DNA from: an uncultured Verrucomicrobiae bacterium
GTDB taxonomy: Bacteria; Chlamydiota; Chlamydiia; Chlamydiales; Rhabdochlamydiaceae
Direction: 5' to 3'
Length of the DNA stretch: 14,620 nt
NCBI GenBank assembly: GCA_963813135.1
Contig: CAWEXY010000017.1
Location: forward strand, 1-14,620
The notes under the pieces are model-generated. The model saw only the letters and a program-made list of their open reading frames with translations, was not told the origin of the DNA and searched no databases. The translations under genes were made by a program, and so were the position numbers. Each line of letters opens with the position of its first letter. The stretch's first letter is position 1. Shown one piece after another: positions 1-8,850 of the stretch.

Positions 1-674
1 ATAAGAAAAAAAGCGATTCAGATCAGCGACCGGCTGACCCTCTATATGATCCTCGGCACTGTCATTGGCGCGCGCCTGGGCCATTTCATCTTCTACGAGC
101 AGCCGAGCAAGTATCTCGCTAACCCCCTTGAGCTGTTCCGTCTCTGGGAGGGAGGGCTTGCCAGTCACGGAGGGGCCATCGGCATTGTGCTGCCGCCATC
201 CTCTTCAGCGCCCGCATTCGGAACTTTGAGCCCAAGCTCACCCCGCTCTGTCTCCTCGATTTCCTCGCCGTTCCCACTGCCTTTGCCGCCTTCTGCATCC
301 GCATCGGCAACTTCATCAACCAAGAAGTGCTCGGCACCCCCACCGATCTCCCGTGGGGCGTTATTTTCGGCCATCCCGTCGACCGGAGCTCGCCTATCGC
401 CCGCCATCCCGTCCAGCTCTACGAGGCTTCCTTCTACCTCGCTGTATTTTGCGTCCTTTGGCGCCTTAGTTTCAAAGCCTCTTTCCTGCACACTCGGGGC
501 CGTCTCTTAGGGCTTTTTTTAATTCTTGTTTTTGGGTTTCGGTTTCTGATCGAGTTCTTCAAGACGGAGCAGAGCCATCTTCTCACCTCCTCGCCCCTGA
601 CCATGGGTCAAATCTTGAGCGTGCCCATTCTCCTCGCCGGAATTCTTTTAATTACTTCAAATAGGAAAAGATAA
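1..674 (+). CDS. lgt: Prolipoprotein diacylglyceryl transferase, 5' partial, one frameshift near 190
   Basis: Frame 1 is open from base 1 and reads IGARLGHFIFY...WEGGLASHGG. After a shift near 190 it reads LDFLAVPTAFAAFCIRIGNFINQEVLGTPTDLPWGVIF...RHPVQLYE...RFLIEFFK...LTMGQILS. These are all hallmark Lgt motifs. Stop TAA at 672-674. Confidence 0.95.
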
Positions 675-678
675 GGTA

Positions 679-1445
679 ATGCCGGGAATCATCGTCGGAT
701 GCGACGCCAATCAGGAATGGCTTCTCCCATGGTGGTGGAGTCATTATTCCAAATGCAACACATACCCGGTTGTGTTTATCGATTTTGGCATGACAAGTGA
801 GGGCATTGTTTATTGTCAGCAGAGAGGAACCTGCATTCCCTTAGGGGCCATTCCCCTTTCGGCAAAACCCATTCGTTCTCTTAAAAAACGGACCCTTTGG
901 GAACAACAGTATAGCCCAGCGCTTTGGCGGCAACGCATGATCTGGTTCAAAAAACCATTCGCTCTGCTCATCTCTCCTTTCCCATTTTCTCTTTGGCTCG
1001 ACCTTGATTGTCGGTTCAGAAGCCACTGGAACCCCTATTCAACTGCTTGGCGCTGGGAGCAAGCATTGCCTTATGCAGAGAGCCTGAGGCAATCCAGGAA
1101 CTGCACAAACAAAAAGGATTCATTCGACGCAATGAAACAAACTAGAATTGCGGCGTTATCGCGTTCCGAAATGAGGCGAGTATCCTTAACAGATGGGCGC
1201 AAGAAATTGAGCTGCATAACGATCGATATGTTTGCGAGCAACAGGCTCTTTCCAGGGCTTTGCTACTAGCCCCTCCCCACTTAGTCGAGCTTCCATCCAT
1301 TTTCAACTGGAGCAGAGCGCATGGAGAAAACGGCCAAGCGTATATCCAGCATTTTCATGGTGGAGTGCTAAAAAGCCTAATCCCCAGAACGAATGAATTG
1401 ACCTCAAATTTTAGAAATTCGACAACCCGCATACATGAGAAATGA
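679..1445 (+). CDS. GT-A fold (GT8-like) glycosyltransferase; frameshift near 1010 and in-frame TAG at 1143-1145
   Basis: The N-terminal part has WFKKP..L..SPF..SLWLDLDC (DxD). The shifted frame reads VQKPLEPLF...NETN*NCGVIAF...W...EQQALS...LPSIFNW...IQHFHG. This matches the GT8-like motif order DxD / NxGV / (D/E)Q / FN / HF. Starts 4 nt after the lgt stop. Confidence 0.65.
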
Positions 1446-1532
1446 TTGCAGAAGAATTTCATCAAAATCGGTCTCTACGCTCATAACTTGGAGTGAGGGG
1501 GCAACTGGCATAGGCCTCAACCTAAGAGACTG
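1400..1532. repeat. Imperfect inverted repeats downstream of and overlapping the GT8-like gene end
   Basis: Pairs gacc 1400-1403/ggtc 1470-1473, atttt 1408-1412/aaaat 1464-1468, and gaaattc 1414-1420/gaatttc 1454-1460. Alternative stem cggtctct 1469-1476/agagactg 1525-1532. Confidence 0.4.
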
Positions 1533-1684
1533 TTAACGGATTTTTTAATTTGCTGCCCAATTCCTTTTTCGCGCTTTTTAATTGTTCGAACTTCGTCGAC
1601 TTATTCAAGTCGCCTTCGTTCTCCACAATGTTTCTTGGCGGCTTCATGGGCGCGAGATAGGGCGTCAGCAAGCTCTTTAGGGTT
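1519..1684. mobile_element. Degenerate palindromic element (MITE/RPE-like)
   Basis: Terminal arms aacctaagagactgttaacg (1519-1538) and cgtcagcaagctctttagggtt (1663-1684). Nested stems ttgctg/cagcaa, tcgcgc/gcgcga, attgt/acaat, gaac/gttc, and a central cgactt-attc-aagtcg hairpin flanked by direct cttcgt repeats. Confidence 0.6.
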
Positions 1685-1815
1685 CATGCATTTACTAGTA
1701 ATTAGTGCAGACGATTTCTAGTACTTACTGCAATCGATCCATGTTAAAATTAGATAAATATCTTATTATAAACAAGTTGTGTGCTTTAGAAGCTGTCTGC
1801 GATCTTTTCAATTAG

Positions 1816-2564
1816 TTATAATCGGCCGTGCTCGGCGTAGATAGGCGCTGCTGCTCGAAAATCAGGACCGCCGATATCGAGAGCCATTTCTTTTGTCATT
1901 TCTTGTGCCAAACGAGAGTCATCTTTCCACTTTGAAATATATTCAACTCTGATCGCGGGATGGGGATGGGAGTCCTGCTCACTCAAATAGTCGGCCGGAG
2001 TAGAGGATTCAATTTTTTTCATTGCGCTAACGGCAGCTTCAGGCGAACTAAATTTAGCTCCGATAAAATCGCAAATCACCTCAATGCCCGGTCGTGTTTA
2101 AGCTCTGTAACAGAGGCATCATTTACCTTAAGCGATGGGGATTCAAATGCCTTGAAATGTGTATGGAGCCAATAATGACCGATTTCATGCCCAATGCAGA
2201 ATTCCAGTTCTTGATCCGTTAAGGATTGCGTCAGCTTTCTTTCTGCAATGGCGATTTCTTCTAGTTTCTGCATATCCAAATCAATGTTCAAATGCTTCAA
2301 TGCGATTTGATCAATTGTTTTCCGGGTCTTTTCAGGAAAGCAGCAAGTGGGAATGGATAATATGGAATACATGGAATTGAAAAAGGGGCCTTGAAAAGTA
2401 GGTGTTAACTTCAGCTCCATCATCTGTAGGCCTAGAGTGGATGTGATCGTTTGAGCCATCGTGCGGATTTTTTCAAAGAATTCAAAATCTTCATCACATA
2501 GCTCAATATTACATTCAGGCGAGAAATAAGGGACCCCAATTGGAAATTTATTTGTAATATTCAT
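1816..2564 (-). CDS. M48-family-like zinc metallopeptidase, one frameshift near 2083
   Basis: LTDQELEFCIGHEIGH gives HExxH in M48 context. Joining ORFs 2076..2564 and 1816..2079 restores E-V-I-C-D (ExxAD-like third ligand) and the C-terminal SHPHPAIRV (M48 'HP...R' motif). Confidence 0.75.
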
Positions 2565-2573
2565 AATTCAATA

Positions 2574-2602
2574 ATTATACAATAAGTGTGAAAATAACGG
2601 AA
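2574..2602 (-). promoter_or_regulatory. Putative sigma70/sigma66-type promoter for the M48-like gene
   Basis: Minus strand TTCCGT-17nt-TATAAT. The perfect -10 is at 2574-2579, only 9 nt before the ATG at 2564. Confidence 0.4.
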
Positions 2603-2655
2603 TTACTAAAGAATTATTTATTTCCACCCAACTTCCGCCGATTTCGAATTTGCTC

Positions 2656-2706
2656 TTGACCTGGTGGGGTGGGGTGGAGGATAATGGAGTAAATATTTAT
2701 TGGAGG
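2656..2706 (+). promoter_or_regulatory. Putative promoter and RBS of the ssb-pepA-rluA operon
   Basis: TTGACC (2656-2661)-18nt-GATAAT (2680-2685). GGAGG at 2702-2706 precedes GTG at 2712. Confidence 0.5.
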
Positions 2707-2711
2707 TGGAT

Positions 2712-3197
2712 GTGAATTTTATCCATATTGCAGGAAATTTAGGCGCAGATCCAGAGGTCCGTTTCACTTCTTCTGGCAAAAAAGTAACAACCATGAAAGT
2801 GGCTACAAGATCCAGACGCGGCAAAGGCGGCGAAGAGACCACAATTTGGTGGCGTGTCACCGTCTGGGGTGAACAATTCGATAAGATGATCTCGTTTCTG
2901 AAAAAAGGGTCCGCTGTCATGGTCTATGGCGATGTCCATAAACCAGAAATCTTCACCGACAGAGAGGGCAAACCTCAAGTTTCATTGGAAATCACTGTTG
3001 TCCACCTCGAGTTCAGCCCATTCGGTAAACCAGGCGGCAGCCAACAACCAGCGCAAGAGGGTCAACAGCCTCAAGCTGCGGCTCCATTTGCTGGGAATCA
3101 AGGCGAAGCTGCAGCGAATCCTTATACAGGCTATGCACCTGCTAAAGCCGGGGCTCCGCAAGGCAAAGGCGAGACTTTCGACGATGAGGTTCCGTTT
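2712..3197 (+). CDS. ssb: Single-stranded DNA-binding protein; no stop codon after the acidic tail in this sequence
   Basis: OB fold AGNLGADPEVRFT...WWRVTVWG...LKKGS.V.V.G, then a Q/P/G/A-rich linker and the canonical SSB C-terminal tip FDDEVPF ending at 3197. Confidence 0.95.
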
Positions 3198-4608
3198 TCG
3201 AAGTTCGCGTTCTCCCCAAATTTTGAAAAGAGCGATCTCACGGTCCTTCCATTCTGGGAAGGGCCAAAAGCTGCAGCAGATGCGGGTTCTTTAAATGTCG
3301 AGGCGGCGCTGAAAGACTTCTCTGGGAAAAAAGGGGAGTCTGCGGTCTGCTACGATGGAGACCAAAGAATTTTGCTCTTAGGCTTGGGCAAGCAGGAAAA
3401 GGCGACCGTCGAAGGCTTGAGAAGGGCTTACTCTTGCTATTGAAGAGCGGCAAGAAAATCAAGCATGTCGGCATTTTGTTCCCTAAATGCAAACAGAAAG
3501 AAGAATTTCTGCAGGGGATCGCCGAGGGGCTCCTTTTATCTAACTATTCATTCAGCTATAAGCACGATTCTGTTAAGGAGAATCCCATTGTTCTCTTGGA
3601 TCGGGTGACGCTGATTGGCGTGGAGCGGGCCGACGGCTTAGAGCGGATGCAAAAGATCGTCGAGGGCGTTTATTTTGTCAGAGATTTGGTCAATGCGAAT
3701 GCAGATGATAAGATCGAAAAACTGCTGAAAGAGGTCAAAAAACTTCATCCCAAGATCAAGACGACCCTTTTCGATAAGAAAAAACTCGAAGCGGAGAAGA
3801 TGGGGCTGATCTTGGCGGTCAACCGCGCTTCCAATTTGGATCCTTATTTGATCCAAGCGAGTTATCGGGGCAATCCAAAGTCGAAAGAGCATGTAGTATT
3901 GATCGGGAAGGGGATCACCTACGATACAGGCGGTTTAAGTATCAAGCCAACCGATGGGATGCTAGCGATGAAGTGCGACATGGCTGGCGCTGCCACCGTA
4001 TTGGGCGCTGTGAAAATAGCTGCCGAATTGGGTCTGAAGGTGAATGTCACGGCAGTTACTCCGATTACGGAGAACTCGATCGGCTCCGGCAGTTATAAAT
4101 TGGGCGATGTATACAGATCTTATTCGGGCAAGACGGTCGAAATCAATAATACCGATGCCGAAGGTCGTTTGGTGTTGGCCGATGCGATCGGTTATGCAGT
4201 GGCCAATTTGAAGCCGAGCTGCATTGTCGATCTCGCCACATTGACTGGTGCCGTTGTGGTGGCTTTGGGCGAAGATATCGCCGGCCTTTTTGCCAACAAC
4301 GATGAATTGGCCGAAGAGTTAATGGCCGCGTCCCAGAGAACCGATGAGCTCCTTTGCAATATGCCTCTTTATCCCGATTATTTAGAGGGATTCAAATCAG
4401 ATATTGCCGACCTCGTCAATAGCGGCGGGAGGGAAGCGGGCGCGATTAAGGCGGCGCTGTTCTTGCAGGATTCGTCGGCACGGTTCCCTGGGCTCATTTA
4501 GATATCGCAGGGCCTGCGTACATCTCTAAGGCAAAACACTATAACCCGGTGAAGGGGACAGGCTTTGGCCTGAGGCTCTTGATCGACTTCCTCGAGAAGA
4601 AGTCGTGA
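3198..4608 (+). CDS. pepA: Leucyl aminopeptidase (M17), frameshifts near 3434 and 4470; start codon not visible
   Basis: N-terminal domain ...RILLLGLGK. Catalytic motifs GKGITYDTGG, MKCDMAG, NTDAEGRLVLAD and DLATLTGA. After the shift near 4470: FVGTVPWAHLDIAGP...GTGFGLRLL, with stop TGA at 4606-4608 overlapping the next GTG. Confidence 0.95.
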
Positions 4609-5564
4609 AACTTCTCGTCCCCTCGCAGCAGAAATTAGTCGCCTTTTTACAGGGGCGGTTGGGGAACTATTCGGGGAAGTTCATCCGCAAACTTTTAGAG
4701 GCGAATCTCTGCCGGATCAATGGCCGAGTCGAGCGATTTGGCTCGCGGGTTGTTCAGGGCGGCGATGCGATCGAACTGGCCCCGAGCTGGAAATCGATTC
4801 TCTCACCCCGATTGAGCCACTTTGATACGCTCTATGAAGATGCACATCTCAAAATTGTCAATAAACCAGCCGATTGGGTCTGCACAGATAAAGAGGCGCT
4901 GAAAGCATTCGGCCCTAAACACTATCTCGTTCACCGTTTGGATAAAGATACGACCGGTTTGTTGATTGTGGCGAAAAGCACGCAGTCCCGCGATCAGTTG
5001 ATGGAACTGTTTGAAAAGCGGGAGATCGCCAAGCAATATCTCGCCTTAGTCGATGGCGTGCCGAGTGGCAAAGAGGGCGTTCGGAAAAGTCTATTCGAGA
5101 AAAAAGGGTCTTTTCAGGGGCAGACGATCTGGGGATCGGGTCCGAAAGGACTCACTGCGATCACCCAATGGAAAACCGTAGCGGTGGGAAAAAGGCTGCT
5201 GTGGTTTTGTGCGAGCCAGAAGACAGGCCGCACGCACCAGATCCGCGTCCACATGGCTGAGATGGGCCATCCGATTTTAGTCGATCGGCAGTATGCGAAA
5301 GCGTTTCGCTCGCAGATCTTTGCGCAAAGACCTCTTTTACACGCCTATCGCCTCCGCTTTGCCTTTCAAGGGAAAGAGATCGATATAACCGCTCCGATTC
5401 CTAACGATTTCCGGGTAGCGTTATCCCTCGTGGCTATCGAAGTGAGACATCTTCGTGAGTTTCTTGGAGATCAAAAACATCAAGATGCCGGGAACGAGCG
5501 TCATGATCACAAAGATGCTGAAGAAGTTGAAGAGCCCTCCGGCTCGGTTCATGAATCCAGCTAA
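4605..5564 (+). CDS. RluA/RluC/RluD-family pseudouridine synthase with N-terminal S4-like region
   Basis: Motifs VNKP, HRLDKDTTG (catalytic Asp), TGRTHQIRVH, GHPILVD..Y and LHAYRL. GTGA start/stop overlap with pepA. Apparent compensating frameshift pair at about 5190-5222. Confidence 0.92.
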   Translation: MKLLVPSQQKLVAFLQGRLGNYSGKFIRKLLEANLCRINGRVERFGSRVVQGGDAIELAPSWKSILSPRLSHFDTLYEDAHLKIVNKPADWVCTDKEALKAFGPKHYLVHRLDKDTTGLLIVAKSTQSRDQLMELFEKREIAKQYLALVDGVPSGKEGVRKSLFEKKGSFQGQTIWGSGPKGLTAITQWKTVAVGKRLLWFCASQKTGRTHQIRVHMAEMGHPILVDRQYAKAFRSQIFAQRPLLHAYRLRFAFQGKEIDITAPIPNDFRVALSLVAIEVRHLREFLGDQKHQDAGNERHDHKDAEEVEEPSGSVHESS

Positions 5565-6719
5565 AATCCCGCCGTTATAGAAAGCCACTCCCACCGAGAC
5601 ATACCAAAGGCCGATCGCCAGAGCTGTATAGCGCGGCGGAGCGAGCCGGCTGACCATGGAAAGTCCAATGGGCGCCAGAAGCATTTCGCCAACGGCCATC
5701 AGAAAGTAGGCGCCGACTAAATAGGTCCAAGATACATCGGCTGTTTTTGCCCCTGGGGGGATGGCCGCAGAGCCGATCATCATCACCAGAAAGCAAGCGG
5801 CGATGAAGAAGAGGCTGTAGGCCGTTTTTCTCGCTGGCGAGGGGTCGATGTGTTTTTTTTGCAGTTTGGCGTAGAGGAATGCAAGTAAAGGGGCCAAGAG
5901 GATCAAGAAAAAGCTCTCGCTCGAGAGGAAAACACCTTCTGGAATGATGACGCCGCCAATCATTTTATCCATGTAGTCATGGGCAAAAATGGCCATGGAG
6001 GAGAAGGCTTGCATGTAGGCGGCCCAGAAGAGGATCGAGATGAGGTAAAAAATGACAATCGTGATCATGCGGCTTTTCTCAATGGGAGTTAACGGGTGCT
6101 TATTGAGATGCCGCTCTTTTTGCATCGACTTGAGGCCATGGTAGGTCTCTTTATGCTTCAGAAGATAGTACGTGAGGGGAATCAATCCGGCCAGCTGCAC
6201 AAAACCGGCAGCGACAAAAGCGGTATTCCAATTGACGAGTTTGGCGATTGTGCCGAGGGAGGCGAGAGCCAAAAAGACCCCGATGTTGATCGAGGCGTAA
6301 TAGATCGAGAAGCCCGCTTCTCTCAAATCGGGTTTATTGCGGTAAGTATAGCTGAGGACGGTGACGATGCTCGGCGTAAAGATCCCGTAGCCAAGGGCGA
6401 TGATGACCAGAGAAGGGTAGAGGAGGGAGGGGACTCCCGTGGCGATCATGAAGCAGCCGATCGCATTGACGAAGGCGCCCAGGAAAAGGGGGGATTGGTA
6501 GTTCCACCGGTCGGCGATCCAGCCTCCGATAAACGGCAGGAAGGCGGCGCAGCCGCTGAAAACGCCATAAATGTGGGTGGCTTTTTCATTGGCAAAATGG
6601 TAATGTTCTATGAGAAAAAGGACGAGCAGGTTGCCCACGCCCCAAAATGCGAACCGCTCGCAAAGCTCGGTGAGGCCGAGGATCCAGAGTTCTTTAGGAT
6701 GTTTAGATAGGGATGTCAT
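5421..6719 (-). CDS. Proton-dependent oligopeptide transporter (POT/PTR2, MFS)
   Basis: ELCERFAFWG (ExxERF motif), GGWIADR, AGFSIYYASINIG, GEMLLAPIGLS, and many hydrophobic segments. The likely start is ATG at 6719, with GGAG at 6727-6730 on the minus strand. Confidence 0.92.
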   Translation of the reverse strand: MTSLSKHPKELWILGLTELCERFAFWGVGNLLVLFLIEHYHFANEKATHIYGVFSGCAAFLPFIGGWIADRWNYQSPLFLGAFVNAIGCFMIATGVPSLLYPSLVIIALGYGIFTPSIVTVLSYTYRNKPDLREAGFSIYYASINIGVFLALASLGTIAKLVNWNTAFVAAGFVQLAGLIPLTYYLLKHKETYHGLKSMQKERHLNKHPLTPIEKSRMITIVIFYLISILFWAAYMQAFSSMAIFAHDYMDKMIGGVIIPEGVFLSSESFFLILLAPLLAFLYAKLQKKHIDPSPARKTAYSLFFIAACFLVMMIGSAAIPPGAKTADVSWTYLVGAYFLMAVGEMLLAPIGLSMVSRLAPPRYTALAIGLWYVSVGVAFYNGGILAGFMNRAGGLFNFFSIFVIMTLVPGILMFLISKKLTKMSHFDSHEG

Positions 6720-6742
6720 AGAAAGTCTCCATTTATTTCGAT

Positions 6743-7795
6743 ATGTATAAAGATAGCCGAATACCCGCAAGGGTTTTAATCGTAAAGACCTCCTCGTTGG
6801 GCGATATCGTTCAGACGCTGAACGTTCTAGATGACCTGCATTGCCGTTTTCCCTCTGCAGTCATCGATTGGGCTGTCGAAGCCTGCTTCCAGCCGATCGT
6901 GGCCGCTCACCCCCTGATTCGGCGAGCGATTCCGCTCGATATCAAGAATCGGCGCCATCTCTGGACGGCCCTCAAAGAACTCCGCAAAGAAGAGTACGAT
7001 GTCATTTTCGATCTGCAAGGCAATTGCAAATCGGGGGTGATCACCTTTTTAGCGCGGGGAAAAGTGAAAGTGGGCTACGGCCTTAAATCGGTGCGGGAGT
7101 GGCCAAATGTCCTGGCCACAAATGTCCGTTTCAATATTTCTCGGCAAAAAAATATCCGCTCTTTTTATCTCGAGCTGATCGAAAAGTATTTTAAACAACC
7201 GACTCCGACCGAGATCGATGGAGTCCGCTTCCATATTGCAGAAGAGGAGCGGGTCAAAGTGGCCGCGATTTTGGCCGCGGCTCCCTCAAACTACCAAATC
7301 ATGGTATGTCCAGGGGCAAAATGGACCAATAAACAGGTCAGCCTGGAGACGTGGATCGAATTTCTGCAAAAGATCGAAAAAGAATCTGGCGCCTCCTTTC
7401 TCTTTATGTGGGGAGACGAGGCGGAGAAAGCCCTCTGCGCACAGATCGCTTCCCATCTGACAACTACAGCGATCGTCGATAAATTGCCGATTCCGACTTG
7501 GCAAAATCTGATGAGCGAAGTGGACCTAGTGATCGCCGTCGATTCGAGCGCGCTTCATCTGTGCGGGACAACATCAACGCCGAGTTTCAGCATTTTTGGG
7601 CCCACTTCTCCCGAAGTGTTTAAACCGATGGGCATGCGCCATTGCGCCATCCAGGGCGCTTGTCCCTATGGGCGAACGTTTCAAAAACAGTGCCCTATTT
7701 TACGGAGCTGCCCGACAGGGGCCTGCATCAAGAATTTGACGGCTCAAGAGCTTTTTGCAGCCTATCAAAATCGACGTGCTTCTCTACCACTTTGA
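6743..7795 (+). CDS. waaC: GT9 glycosyltransferase, LPS heptosyltransferase I (WaaC/RfaC)-like
   Basis: RVLIVKTSSLGDIV N-terminus, YDVIFDLQG..KS, WG..E, and IAVDSSALHL...P...IFGPT. All are typical of GT9/WaaC. The donor sugar cannot be proven from sequence. Confidence 0.75.
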   Translation: MYKDSRIPARVLIVKTSSLGDIVQTLNVLDDLHCRFPSAVIDWAVEACFQPIVAAHPLIRRAIPLDIKNRRHLWTALKELRKEEYDVIFDLQGNCKSGVITFLARGKVKVGYGLKSVREWPNVLATNVRFNISRQKNIRSFYLELIEKYFKQPTPTEIDGVRFHIAEEERVKVAAILAAAPSNYQIMVCPGAKWTNKQVSLETWIEFLQKIEKESGASFLFMWGDEAEKALCAQIASHLTTTAIVDKLPIPTWQNLMSEVDLVIAVDSSALHLCGTTSTPSFSIFGPTSPEVFKPMGMRHCAIQGACPYGRTFQKQCPILRSCPTGACIKNLTAQELFAAYQNRRASLPL

Positions 7796-8843
7796 CCGCC
7801 TCTTCGATTTTTTTGGTGTCTTCTTTCCGGATTTTAGTCGTATAGCTGTTGATCATTTTCATGGCGACGAAACTGCTGACCGGGGCGTAAAGCATCGGGA
7901 TTTTGGCCCGTTTGATCTGCTCCATGATCGCCTCTTTGGGCGGTGTCTTCCCCGTGAGAATCATCCCCGTCTCCAAATTTTCTTCAGGATGAGAAATCTT
8001 CAAGTCCCAAAAGCGGGTCAGCGTGGCGAGAATGATATCTTCCCGGGCAGCTGGCGTGATCACCAATTGATTGGGCATAATCATCGTCCGGTACATCTCT
8101 GCCGACGTCGCGACGAGGGTGATATTATGGAAATGGCGCAGCCGCAATTCGGGCGCAGATAGAACTTGGGTTTGAAAGAGCACTTCAAAGTCGCTCATCG
8201 TCGGCATGCTCAAAAAGGGGGTAAAGGGGATGCATCCGAGAAGAGGCACATCCCAGCGCTTCAACGCTTTGGGAACATAGTCGAGGATCATTTGCCGCTT
8301 CTCTTCGATCACCCGATTTAAAATCACACCCGCAACCCGGACCCCATATTTTTCACACTGCGCGTGATTCAGCGCCAACTCATCAAAGCTCGATCCCAGC
8401 CCCCCGATGCGATCAAAATTACCGGACACTTCAGCAGAGCCGCCACTTGCGCGTTGTTGAGATCGACAATCGAGCCGACTCCAGTATGGCCCGTCCCCTC
8501 AATCACCGTGATCGAGTTGTTGGAGGTGAGCGATTGGTATGCCTGGTTGATTTTGGCGACGAGGTCTCGATGGTCCACTTTTCCATCTAAAAAGTCGCGG
8601 GTGAAGCCTCGGGAAAAGGACAGGGCTCATCTCTTCATACGGATCGCGCAATTTGAAATGGGATTTGAAGAGGACGACATCTTTATCGACATGCACGCCC
8701 GTTTCCGTCTCAACATGCTCCTGTCCAACCGGTTTGAAAAAACCCACCGACTTGTGCCTCTTTTTCAAACCGGCCAGCAAACCCAGACACGCAGTTGTTT
8801 TTCCGACGTTCTGACCCGTAGCTGCAACAAAGAATGATCTCAT
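7728..8843 (-). CDS. Standalone phosphotransacetylase N-terminal-like protein (BioD-like P-loop + DRTGG domain), frameshifts near 8608 and 8403
   Basis: ATGQNVGKTT Walker A, GFFKPVGQ, VIEGTGH, NAQVAALL..PVILI, GVILNRV, and a DRTGG-like LVITPAAREDII...MILTG. Three ORF pieces join into about 370 aa. No Pta catalytic domain. Confidence 0.85.
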
Positions 8844-8850
8844 AGGATAG

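Noticed and set aside
119..491. Minus-strand ORFs over lgt, and similar short antisense ORFs over ssb, pepA, rluA, waaC and the giant gene
   Set aside because: Shadow ORFs opposite well-supported genes.
1722..1750. dif-like site (atgttaaa resembles the XerD arm)
   Set aside because: Only a partial XerD-arm match and no credible XerC arm.
6096..6710. 204-aa plus-strand ORF (and 5575..5796)
   Set aside because: Antisense shadow of the POT transporter, with no motifs and no RBS.
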